The notes below the pieces were generated by a model, which had not been told where the DNA came from, searched no databases, and was given only the letters and a program-made list of their open reading frames with translations. The translations under genes were made by a program, and so were the position numbers. Of a stretch of 33,374 nucleotides of DNA, positions 8,223-16,827 are shown one piece after another (position 1 is the first letter of the stretch; each line of letters opens with the position of its first letter). The stretch is from positions 1 to 33,374 of the forward strand of contig JBFJHJ010000033.1 of assembly GCA_041613315.1 (NCBI GenBank), written 5' to 3'. The DNA is from Gemmatimonadales bacterium (GTDB taxonomy: Bacteria > Gemmatimonadota > Gemmatimonadetes > Gemmatimonadales > GWC2-71-9).

Positions 8223-10834
8223 CGCGCCGGCGCGGCGGCACCGCAGCGGCGGAGACGCCGGTCATGGCGCAGTACCGGTCGATTAAGGCGCGCCATGCGG
8301 ACGCGGTCGTCTTTTTCCGCATGGGGGACTTCTACGAGATGTTCTACGACGACGCCGAGCTCGCCGCCCGTGAACTCGGCCTCACGCTCACGTCACGCAA
8401 CAACGGCGCCGCCGCGAACGTCCCCCTGGCCGGCGTGCCGGTGAAAGCGGCCGATGACTACGTGCGCCGCCTCGTGGACCGCGGATACCGGGTGGCGATC
8501 TGCGAGCAGGTCGAAGATCCGAAGCGGGCCAAAGGCGTCGTGCGCCGCGAGGTCGTCGAGACGGTGAGCCCGGGCGCGATCCTCGCCGATCAGTGGCTCG
8601 ACCGTGCGCGCAACAACTTCCTCGTCGCCCTCCGCCCCAGCGAGCCTGCGGGGCTGGCGGCGCTCGACCTGTCCACCGGCGAGTTCGCTCTGGAGGTCGT
8701 GCCGCCGGGGGAGCTCGACGCCGCCCTCGGACGCTACGACCCGAAAGAGCTGGTCGTGCCGGCCGAGTGGGAAGGGACCGTGTCCGAGTCGGTCACGCTC
8801 ATGCGCCGGGACGCATGGGAGTTCGACCCGGCTCAGGCGGCCGACGATCTCGCGCGGCACTTCCGACTCCAGGGTCTCGACGGGCTGGGCCTGACGTCCG
8901 CCGACCGGCCGGCCGTGGGGGCGGCGGGCGCGCTGCTCCGCTATGCCGGCGAGCTGCAGCCCGGTGGTATGCCGCAGGTCAGCCACCCGTCGGTGCGCCG
9001 CCCCGGGGACGTGATGCCCCTCGACGAGATGACCCGGCGGAACCTCGAGCTGGTGGAGCCACTCCGGCCGGACGAGAAGGGGATGACGCTTCTCGCGGTC
9101 GTGGATCGTACGATCACGCCCATGGGCGCGCGGCTGCTGCGCCGCTGGTTGCTCGCGCCGCTCCGCGACCGGGCGGCGATTGCGGCACGCCATGACGCCG
9201 TCGAGGTGCTGGTCGGTGACGCGCGGGGCCGCGAGCGGGTACGGGACGCCCTGGATGGTGTCCGCGACATCGAGCGGCTGGCGGGACGCGCGGCCGCCGG
9301 GCGGGCGACGCCGCGGGATCTCGGCGGCCTCCGCGACTCGCTCGCGCGGCTCCCCGACGTGCGGGCCGCGCTCGATGGACTCGGTCGGCGCGAGGTGAGC
9401 GCCGAGCTCGACGCGTGCGCGACCGGCCTCGACCTGCTCGCCGATCTCGGCGATCGGCTGGGCCGCGCGCTGGTCGCGCAACCCCCGGCGGTCCTCGGCA
9501 CCGAGGACACGGTCCCCCAGGGGGCCGATGCGGACCTCGATGAGGCGCGGGACCTTCGCGACGGTGGGAAGCGTTTCATCGCCGGCCTCCAGGCGCGTGA
9601 GCGCCAGCGCACCGGGATCGGCTCGCTGAAGGTCGGCTACAACAAAGTGTTCGGCTACTACATCGAGATCACCAACACCCATAAAGACGCGGTGCCCGCC
9701 GGCTACGAGCGTCGCCAGACGCTCACGAACGCCGAACGGTACGTCACACCGGAGTTGAAGGAATACGAGGCGCGGGTCCTGACGGCCGAGGAGCGGGTCA
9801 TCGAGCGCGAGCGGGAGATCGTGCAGGCACTCTGCGGCGCGATCCGGGACGCCCTCGGTCGCTTGCAGCAGACGGCGCGCGTGCTCGCGACGCTCGACGT
9901 CTTCGCCGCCCTCGCCGAGACCGCCGAGCGCGCACGGTACACGCGCCCCGTCGTGACCGACGACCTCGCCCTCGCGTTCACGAGCTGCCGTCATCCGATC
10001 GTCGAGCGTGTCCTCCCACCGGGCACGTTCATCCCCAACGACATCCGGCTGGATGCGGCCCAACGGGTGATCCTCCTCACCGGGCCCAACATGGCCGGCA
10101 AGTCCACGATCCTGCGGCAGGCGGGGTTGGCGGTGATCCTCGCGCAGATGGGATCGTTCGTCCCGGCGGACGCCGCCACCGTCGGCGTCGTGGACCGCGT
10201 GTTCACGCGCGTCGGCGCGAGCGACAACTTGGGGCGGGGGCACTCCACCTTCCTGGTGGAGATGCACGAGACGAGCGCCATCTTACACGGCGCCACCGAT
10301 CGGAGCCTGGTACTGCTCGACGAGATCGGGCGGGGGACGGCCACCTTCGACGGCGTGGCGATTGCCTGGGCGGTGACGGAACACCTGCACGACCGCATCG
10401 GATGCAAGACGATCTTCGCCACCCATTATCACGAGCTGACGCAGCTCACCGAAGAGCTGGCGCACGCGCGGAACTTCAACGTCGCGGTTCGGGAAGCGGA
10501 CGACGAGATCGTCTTTCTGCACCGGCTGGAGCCGGGCGGTGCGGATCGGTCCTATGGCATTCATGTCGGGCGGCTCGCCGGACTCCCCGGCACGGTGGTG
10601 CAGAGGGCCCGGGAGATACTGGCGCTGCTCGAGGCGGGACATCACGTGGCCGGGCGGCGGCCACCGCGCGGGCCGGACGCGCGGCAACTCCCACTGTTCG
10701 CGCCGGAGGACCACGCCGTGCTCCGCGAGTTGGCCGGACTGGACCCTGACGTCATGACCCCTCTCGAAGCGCTCAACCGCCTCGTCGACCTCAAGCGGCG
10801 GGCGCAGCGCCACGACCCGGCGGAGTATCCGTGA
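8219..10834 (+). CDS. mutS: DNA mismatch repair protein MutS
   Basis: TPVMAQY, FFRMGDFYEMF, TGPNMAGKST, SLVLLDEIGRGT, FATHYHELT, DRSYGIHV. Confidence 0.98.
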   Translation: MTRRRGGTAAAETPVMAQYRSIKARHADAVVFFRMGDFYEMFYDDAELAARELGLTLTSRNNGAAANVPLAGVPVKAADDYVRRLVDRGYRVAICEQVEDPKRAKGVVRREVVETVSPGAILADQWLDRARNNFLVALRPSEPAGLAALDLSTGEFALEVVPPGELDAALGRYDPKELVVPAEWEGTVSESVTLMRRDAWEFDPAQAADDLARHFRLQGLDGLGLTSADRPAVGAAGALLRYAGELQPGGMPQVSHPSVRRPGDVMPLDEMTRRNLELVEPLRPDEKGMTLLAVVDRTITPMGARLLRRWLLAPLRDRAAIAARHDAVEVLVGDARGRERVRDALDGVRDIERLAGRAAAGRATPRDLGGLRDSLARLPDVRAALDGLGRREVSAELDACATGLDLLADLGDRLGRALVAQPPAVLGTEDTVPQGADADLDEARDLRDGGKRFIAGLQARERQRTGIGSLKVGYNKVFGYYIEITNTHKDAVPAGYERRQTLTNAERYVTPELKEYEARVLTAEERVIEREREIVQALCGAIRDALGRLQQTARVLATLDVFAALAETAERARYTRPVVTDDLALAFTSCRHPIVERVLPPGTFIPNDIRLDAAQRVILLTGPNMAGKSTILRQAGLAVILAQMGSFVPADAATVGVVDRVFTRVGASDNLGRGHSTFLVEMHETSAILHGATDRSLVLLDEIGRGTATFDGVAIAWAVTEHLHDRIGCKTIFATHYHELTQLTEELAHARNFNVAVREADDEIVFLHRLEPGGADRSYGIHVGRLAGLPGTVVQRAREILALLEAGHHVAGRRPPRGPDARQLPLFAPEDHAVLRELAGLDPDVMTPLEALNRLVDLKRRAQRHDPAEYP

Positions 10835-11253
10835 TGCGAGTCCGACGACTGGTGCGCGTGGGCCTCGGCCTGGCCGCGCTCGCGGCGTGCCGGGGCGGCG
10901 AGGCCGATTCCGCGGCGCGCCGTACGGCGGAGCCGGGGCCGCGGGATTTCAACCCGCCCGTGGTCACGAATGCGGAGTCGCCGGTCCAGTACCCCCGCCG
11001 CCTCTACGACCAGATGATCGAAGGGACCGTGGTGTTGCGATTGTACGTGGACGAGACGGGACGCGTGATCCCCGACTCGACCCGCGTCGCCGAAGGCAGC
11101 AGCTACGCGGCGCTCGACTCGGCCGCACTGGCGGGCGTGAACGAGATGCGGTTCGCGCCGGCACAGCGCAACGGCGTTTCGGTGGGCGCCACGTTCCTGC
11201 TCCCGGTGCACTTTCGCCATCCGAACCGCTCCGGGTCGGGAGGGGCGCGATGA
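10831..11253 (+). CDS. Small TonB C-terminal domain protein, probable lipoprotein
   Basis: YPRRLYDQMIEGTVVLRLYVDETGRV...SSYAALDSAAL...FAPAQRNG; N-terminal LAALAAC lipobox-like motif. Confidence 0.8.
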   Translation: MMRVRRLVRVGLGLAALAACRGGEADSAARRTAEPGPRDFNPPVVTNAESPVQYPRRLYDQMIEGTVVLRLYVDETGRVIPDSTRVAEGSSYAALDSAALAGVNEMRFAPAQRNGVSVGATFLLPVHFRHPNRSGSGGAR

Positions 11254-12638
11254 GCGTGCCACACCCGCGTGCCTACGACAGCGTGTTGGACACGATCGGT
11301 TGGACACCGCTCATCCGGCTGCGCCGGCTGACCGCGGGACTGCGAACGCCGGTGTACGGCAAAGCGGAGTTCTTCAACCCCGGCGGGTCGGTGAAGGACC
11401 GGATCGGGCTGGCGATCATCGAGGAGGCGGAGCGCAGCGGGCGGCTCAAGCCCGGCGGCGTCGTGGTGGAGGGCACCTCGGGCAACACCGGGGTGGGCCT
11501 CGCCCTCGCCGCGGCCCTCAAGGGGTATCGGTGCATCTTCACGATGCCGGACAAGATGTCGCAGGAAAAGGTCCGGCTCCTAAAGGCATTCGGCGCCGAG
11601 GTCGTGATCACGCCCACGGCGGTCCCGCCCGACCATCCCGACAACTACGTGATGAAGGCGAAGGCGATCGCGGCCGCCACGCCGAGCGCCGTGCTCGCGG
11701 ACCAGTTCTACAATCCGGTGAACCCGGAGGCGCACTACCGCACGACGGGGCCGGAGCTCTGGGAGCAGACGGAAGGGCGGATCACGCACCTCGTGGGCGG
11801 CGCCGGCACCGGCGGCACGCTCAGCGGGGCGGGCAAGTTTCTCAAGGAACGTAACCCTGCCATCCGCGTGATCGCCGGCGATCCCGAGGGGTCCATCTAT
11901 GCTGAGTACGCCCGGTCGCGCACGAAGCCCGACGGACACCCCTACAAGGTGGAGGGCATCGGAGGGGACAAGATCCCGGGCACACTGCATTACGACTACA
12001 TCGACGAGTGGCACAACGTGAGCGACCGCGAGGCCTTCCAGGTCGCGCGCCGCCTGGCCCGGGAGGAGGGGCTCTTCGTCGGCGGCTCGACCGGCCTCCT
12101 CGTGGCCGTCGCGCTCCGCGTCGCGCGCCACCTCAATGACCCGAGCGCCTATGTGGTGGTCATCCTGTGCGACACCGGCGAGCGCTATCTCTCAAAGGTA
12201 TTCAACGACGAGTGGATGCAGGAGAACCAGCTGCTGGAAATCGAGCGCGTCACCGCCGCCCAGTTGTTGGCGGCCAAGGTGAACGGTGGCCCGGAGTTGG
12301 TCACGGTCAGCCCGTCGCAAACCGTACGGCAGGCGCTGAACCTCATGACGACGTACGACATCTCCCAGCTCCCCATCGTCGAAGGCGGTGACTGTATCGG
12401 TTCGCTCAATGAGGGGAACTTGATGGCGCAGGCGATCGCCAAGCCCGCCGTGCTCGACCACCCGGTGCGGGACGTGATGGATGCCCCGTACCCCGTGGTC
12501 GATGGCGACTTCCCGCTCGAGCGCTTTTCCGAGCTCCTCTCTCGCGAAACACCAGCGGTGCTGGTACGAAAGACGGGGGCGCTCACCGGGATCGTCACCC
12601 GGTACGACGTCCTGCAGCACATGGCGGGCATTCGATAG
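11250..12638 (+). CDS. cbs: Cystathionine beta-synthase-type PLP enzyme with C-terminal CBS domain pair
   Basis: ATG overlaps the upstream stop; NPGGSVKDR (PLP Lys), TSGNTG, GAGTGGT, VEGIG, DTGERYLSK; CBS pair ISQLPIV...GIVTRYDVL. Confidence 0.9.
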   Translation: MSVPHPRAYDSVLDTIGWTPLIRLRRLTAGLRTPVYGKAEFFNPGGSVKDRIGLAIIEEAERSGRLKPGGVVVEGTSGNTGVGLALAAALKGYRCIFTMPDKMSQEKVRLLKAFGAEVVITPTAVPPDHPDNYVMKAKAIAAATPSAVLADQFYNPVNPEAHYRTTGPELWEQTEGRITHLVGGAGTGGTLSGAGKFLKERNPAIRVIAGDPEGSIYAEYARSRTKPDGHPYKVEGIGGDKIPGTLHYDYIDEWHNVSDREAFQVARRLAREEGLFVGGSTGLLVAVALRVARHLNDPSAYVVVILCDTGERYLSKVFNDEWMQENQLLEIERVTAAQLLAAKVNGGPELVTVSPSQTVRQALNLMTTYDISQLPIVEGGDCIGSLNEGNLMAQAIAKPAVLDHPVRDVMDAPYPVVDGDFPLERFSELLSRETPAVLVRKTGALTGIVTRYDVLQHMAGIR

Positions 12639-12764
12639 CGATCCGCGGTTCCGTCGCACGTCCGATGCCGTCCGTGATCCGCCATCGGTCGCCGTCGCCG
12701 TGCCGCCCGGACAGGGGCGTCGGTGACCGGCGCGCGGCGAGACACTACGACTCGAGTCGGTCAC

Positions 12765-13142
12765 ATGGGCCACTACCTCCTCTCCGCTGAAGCGACCTTC
12801 TCCGCCGCGCACACGCTGCCGGAGGTGGAAACGTGCGACCGGTTTCACGGGCACAACTGGCGTGTGCGCTTGACCGTGCGGGTCGAGGAGGGGGCGCTGG
12901 ACGCGGGCGGCATGGGCGTGGACTTTCGTGAGATCGAGCGGATCGCGCGAGACGCGGTCGCCGACTTCGACCACCGCTATCTCAACGACCTGGAGCTGTT
13001 CCGGCAGGCGCCGCCGACCGCGGAGCGCATCGCCGCCGTGATCTCGCAGCGGGCCGCCGCGGGGCTTGGGACGACCCCGGCGGCCGTGGAAGAGGTCGAG
13101 GTCTGGGAGATGCCCGAGTACCGCGTGGTCTACCGACCCTGA
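12765..13142 (+). CDS. queD: 6-carboxy-5,6,7,8-tetrahydropterin synthase
   Basis: FSAAH, CDRFHGHNW (CxxxHGH), DFDHRYLND, PTAE, VEVWE. Confidence 0.9.
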   Translation: MGHYLLSAEATFSAAHTLPEVETCDRFHGHNWRVRLTVRVEEGALDAGGMGVDFREIERIARDAVADFDHRYLNDLELFRQAPPTAERIAAVISQRAAAGLGTTPAAVEEVEVWEMPEYRVVYRP

Positions 13143-14182
13143 TGGCGGCCGTCACCGTGCTCACGGGAGGCTCCACGCCGGAGCGCGACGTCGCCCTCGC
13201 CGGGGCGGCGCAGGTCGTGGCCGCCCTGCGCGCGCGGGGCCACGCGGTCACCGTCGTGGACACCGTGTACGGCCCGCTGTCCTCCGCCGACGAACAACGG
13301 CTGCTGGTCCCGGCCGTCGGCACGGCGCCCCCCACGCTGGAGCAGCTCGCCGTCCTCGCCGAGCGGGAGTTGGGCGTGGAAGTGGCGACCCTCGCCGCGG
13401 TGTGCGACGCCGATCTCGTCTTCCTCGTGCTCCACGGACGTCAAGGAGAGGGCGGCACGCTTCAGGCCGTGCTCGAGGGCGCCGGCGTCACCTACACGGG
13501 GAGCGGCCCCCTCGGCAGCGCACTGGCGATGGATAAGGACGTCGCCAAACGGCTCTTCCAACACGCCGGGATCCCGACCCCCGACTGGCGGATGTGGCCG
13601 GCGTCGGAGCCGGAGTTACACGCGATCGGCCTCCCCGTCGTCGTCAAGCCGTCCAAGGTCGGGTCCACCGTCGGGCTGACCGTCGTGCGCGACTGGCGCG
13701 AGCTGGACGACGCGGTGGCCGCCGCCCGGGTGTACGACGACGAGGTGATGGTCGAGACCTTTGTCTCGGGCCGGGAATACACGGTCGGTGTCCTCGGGGA
13801 CGCCGCGCTGACGGTCGGCGAGATTCGCCCGAGTCACGAGATCTTCGATTACGAGTGCAAGTACACGCCGGGCCTGACCGAGGAGATCTTCCCCGCGGAC
13901 CTGCGACCCGCCGTGACGGCCCGGTTCCAAGAGCTCGCGGCGATGGCACATCGCGTTCTCAAGCTCCGGGATTTCTCCCGCGTGGATTTCCGTCTGCCGC
14001 CCAACGGACCCCCGCAATGCCTCGAGGTGAACACCCTTCCCGGCATGACCGCGACCAGTCTGCTCCCGCAGTCGGCCGCGGCCGCCGGCGTCCCGTTCGA
14101 CGCGCTGTGCGACCGGATCTGTCACCTGGCCCTCGCGCGCGCCGCGGAGGGGAACAGAGCCCCGACTGGGCGGATATATTGA
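13142..14182 (+). CDS. ddl: D-alanine--D-alanine ligase
   Basis: GGSTPERDV, LHGRQGEGG, SALAMDK, VVKP..GS, DYECKY, RVDF, EVNTLPGMT. Confidence 0.95.
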   Translation: MAAVTVLTGGSTPERDVALAGAAQVVAALRARGHAVTVVDTVYGPLSSADEQRLLVPAVGTAPPTLEQLAVLAERELGVEVATLAAVCDADLVFLVLHGRQGEGGTLQAVLEGAGVTYTGSGPLGSALAMDKDVAKRLFQHAGIPTPDWRMWPASEPELHAIGLPVVVKPSKVGSTVGLTVVRDWRELDDAVAAARVYDDEVMVETFVSGREYTVGVLGDAALTVGEIRPSHEIFDYECKYTPGLTEEIFPADLRPAVTARFQELAAMAHRVLKLRDFSRVDFRLPPNGPPQCLEVNTLPGMTATSLLPQSAAAAGVPFDALCDRICHLALARAAEGNRAPTGRIY

Positions 14183-14187
14183 CGTAT

Positions 14188-14994
14188 ATGCGCCAGACGT
14201 CCCCGCTCGCGCTCACCCCGTGGGTTCGCGGCCTCATCATCGCGAACGCGGTGGTGTACCTGCTCACGATCACGGTGTTCACCGGTCCGTGGTTCCTCGA
14301 GCATTTCGCCTTCCATCCGGCGCGCGCGGCGCAGCAGTGGTGGAGCTTCGCGACCTACATGTTCCTTCACCAGGGGCTCCTCCATCTCGCGTTCAACATG
14401 CTCCTGCTGTTCGTGTTCGGGCGGGCCGTCGAGGAGGAGATGGGCGGGTGGTTCGGACTCTACTACGCGTTCTGCGGCTTGGGCGGCGCCATCCTCTCGT
14501 ACGCATTCACCCTCGTGTGGCCGGTGGCGCCCTTCATCGGCGCCTCGGGAGCCGTCCTCGGCGTGGCGCTGGCGTTCGCGATGCGCTGGCCCAACACCCC
14601 GCTCTACGTCTTCCCCATCCCCGTGCCCATCAAGGCGAAGTGGCTCGTGCTGTTCTTCGCCGGCATCGACATCCTGTTCGTGGCTCCGAGCATGAGTGGT
14701 GGGGTGGCCCGCCTCGCGCACCTGGGCGGGCTCCTGTTCGGCTACCTCTACATCAAGGCGGAGGACACGGTGGTGCACCGCGCGCGCCGCGCCGCGGCGC
14801 GTGTCACCGCGAGCCGCCGCCGGCTCCCGCGCCCGGAGCGCGCGCCGGCACCCCAGCGTAACGCGGCGCCCCGCTCCGTCGAGGACGACGTGGATCGGGT
14901 CCTCGACAAGATTTCCGCGAGCGGCCTCGACAGCCTGACGCCGGACGAGCGCCGGCTCCTGGACGAGGCGAGCCGCGAGCTCCGCGAATCCTGA
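14188..14994 (+). CDS. Rhomboid family intramembrane serine protease with C-terminal helical domain
   Basis: TYMFLH..LLHLAFNM, GASG catalytic Ser, AHLGG catalytic His; tail VDRVLDKISASGLDSLT. Confidence 0.92.
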   Translation: MRQTSPLALTPWVRGLIIANAVVYLLTITVFTGPWFLEHFAFHPARAAQQWWSFATYMFLHQGLLHLAFNMLLLFVFGRAVEEEMGGWFGLYYAFCGLGGAILSYAFTLVWPVAPFIGASGAVLGVALAFAMRWPNTPLYVFPIPVPIKAKWLVLFFAGIDILFVAPSMSGGVARLAHLGGLLFGYLYIKAEDTVVHRARRAAARVTASRRRLPRPERAPAPQRNAAPRSVEDDVDRVLDKISASGLDSLTPDERRLLDEASRELRES

Positions 14995-14999
14995 GAGCG

Positions 15000-15524
15000 A
15001 TGGCACCGCGTCTCGTCGTCCGCCGGGGAGACATCACCACCTACGACGGGGACGCCATCGTCAACGCCGCCAACAACCACCTCCAGCTCGGCGCGGGCGT
15101 CGCCGGCGCCATCAGGCGCGCGGGAGGACCGTCCATTCAGGACGAGTGCGACCGGCACGGGCCGATTCGCGTCGGCGAGGCAGCCGTCACGGGCGCAGGA
15201 CGGCTCGGCGTGCAGTGCGTCATCCACGCCGCGGCGATGGGTGACGAGCCCGTCTCGGCGCGCTCGATTCGCGAGAGCACGTTGGCGAGTCTCGCCTGCG
15301 CCGCGGAGCGGGGCGTTACGCGCGTCGCCTTCCCCGTCCTGGGGACCGGCGTCGGCGGCTTCGACTTCGAGCGCGCCGCGATCATCATGCGCGACGCGGT
15401 CCGAACGTCGCCGCACACATCGCAGCTCGAAGAGGTGGCCTTCTACGGCTACGCCGAAGAGCAGGCCGCGACGCTCACCCGCGTCCTTCACGCGGGCGAT
15501 CGCGCGCCGCCAGCATCACCGTAG
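15000..15524 (+). CDS. Macro domain protein (ADP-ribose binding/hydrolase, AF1521/YmdB-like)
   Basis: GDIT, DAIVNAAN, GAGVAGAI, GEAAVTGAG, VIHAA, AFPVLGTGVGGF. Confidence 0.93.
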   Translation: MAPRLVVRRGDITTYDGDAIVNAANNHLQLGAGVAGAIRRAGGPSIQDECDRHGPIRVGEAAVTGAGRLGVQCVIHAAAMGDEPVSARSIRESTLASLACAAERGVTRVAFPVLGTGVGGFDFERAAIIMRDAVRTSPHTSQLEEVAFYGYAEEQAATLTRVLHAGDRAPPASP

Positions 15525-15639
15525 GCTCGATCGCTCGGGCATCCCGGTCGCCGCCCGAGTGCGCGACGCGCACGCCGCGGCAGGCACCACATCGGGGCTT
15601 GTCATCGTCCCCATCGCGTCCCAAATTGGTGGCGCCTCC

Positions 15640-16584
15640 ATGCTCATCAATCTCGTGCCAGACTTCCTGGCCGCCGTCCAGGCGCCGGATCCGGTGGAGG
15701 CGTACCGTCGCTATCTCGAAGAGCACCTGCCCGTCCTCTCGGCGTACTGGCACAATTACATTCTGGATCTGGACAGCCCTCACGCCGACAGTGTGATCCG
15801 CCGTGCCGTCGCCGCGGACCGCGGCGATCTCACCGCGCTGCTGGACTCCGTAGACCTCGGCACCCTGGCGGACGATGCCATCCGACGGTCGGAGGACGTG
15901 CTCGAGCCGGACCAGAAGTTCGACGTGTACCTCCTGGTGGGCGTCGGCGGCGCCAACGCCGGCGAGCTGGTCATCGGGGGTCGGGGGATCGCGTTCATCT
16001 GCCTCGAGCATTTCACCGGGCGGCCCAACCACGAGTCTCTCGGGCTTGGTCTCGCCCCCGAGCTCATCCCGCTGTGGATCGCACACGAGATCGCCCATAC
16101 GGTGCGCTACACGTCCCGCGACAGTCGCAGCGAGCTCGCCCGCGTCATCTATGAGATGAACGGCTACTACGACTACTGGGAGTCAGGCAGTCGTGTCACG
16201 GTGCGTGAGCTTCTGGTCAACGAAGGGCTGGCCGTAGCTACGGCGCGAGCCGTGGCACCCGGCTTCGAGCCATGGGAGTACTTAGGTTACCAGCGCCGGC
16301 AATACCGGCGCCTGCGACAGCTCGAAGCGTTTCTGACACGAGCGGTTGGCAGCGTGCTCGATCAGCGCGGGCTCGGGTATCGGCTACGGTATTTGGCCGG
16401 CGGCGTGTCGGCGGCGCAACGGCTCATGCAGGGGAAGGTGATTCCCGAACGTTCCGGTTACTACCTCGGACATCGCATGGTCGAGCGTGTCGCCGAGGAA
16501 CGCGGGCTGGCTTATGCGGTGCGGGCGCCCGCCGATGAATTCGAGGAGCTTGAGGTGCAGGCGTCAGGGGCGCAGACGGCGTGA
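15640..16584 (+). CDS. Putative Zn-dependent peptidase (DUF2268-like)
   Basis: IAHEIAH plus downstream LVNEGLA and SGYYLG; ATG 15640 is the first plausible start after the macro gene. Confidence 0.75.
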   Translation: MLINLVPDFLAAVQAPDPVEAYRRYLEEHLPVLSAYWHNYILDLDSPHADSVIRRAVAADRGDLTALLDSVDLGTLADDAIRRSEDVLEPDQKFDVYLLVGVGGANAGELVIGGRGIAFICLEHFTGRPNHESLGLGLAPELIPLWIAHEIAHTVRYTSRDSRSELARVIYEMNGYYDYWESGSRVTVRELLVNEGLAVATARAVAPGFEPWEYLGYQRRQYRRLRQLEAFLTRAVGSVLDQRGLGYRLRYLAGGVSAAQRLMQGKVIPERSGYYLGHRMVERVAEERGLAYAVRAPADEFEELEVQASGAQTA

Positions 16585-16826
16585 CCAAGCGCCCCTCGAC
16601 CGACCGGCCTCGCGAACCTCGGAAGCGACGGACCCGCGGCCGAGCGGTCGAGCGCCGTCGCAACGTTCAGCTGCGTGAGGTCATGGACGAGCTGATCCAG
16701 CACGTCCGGGCTCTGTCGGGCGGGATCGGGTCCATGACGCCCGATCAGGTGGAGTATGCGCAGCAGCGGCTCGAGTGGCTGGCCGACGAGGCCTGGCGGC
16801 TGGTGATCGACGCCGGCGAGGCCTGA
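16581..16826 (+). CDS. Small hypothetical protein (81 aa)
   Basis: GTG overlaps the peptidase stop; basic N-terminus followed by helical LREVMDELIQHVR...QQRLEWLADEAWR; fills the gap to mnmE. Confidence 0.65.
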   Translation: MTKRPSTDRPREPRKRRTRGRAVERRRNVQLREVMDELIQHVRALSGGIGSMTPDQVEYAQQRLEWLADEAWRLVIDAGEA

Positions 16827-16827
16827 T

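Noticed and set aside
8393..10267. Long antisense/alternative-frame ORFs (e.g. 8393-10267, 6654-8090, 2450-3751, 20750-22039)
   Set aside because: Shadow ORFs of well-supported genes, as expected from stop-codon scarcity in high-GC DNA; no recognisable motifs
10887..11249. Long N-terminal extensions in the ORF track (cbs, rhomboid, SPOR, MCP, rnpA, dnaA, sigma) suggesting fusions
   Set aside because: The extensions overlap upstream genes and are low-complexity R/G/P/A; downstream starts at stop/start overlaps or SD sites fit better
12639..12764. preQ1 riboswitch upstream of queD
   Set aside because: Lacks the AGAGGUUC/A-rich tail features of preQ1-I; other classes cannot be supported by eye
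13142..14182. Van-type D-Ala-D-Lac ligase
   Set aside because: The omega loop DYECKY retains Tyr as in D-Ala-D-Ala ligases, and no van genes are nearby
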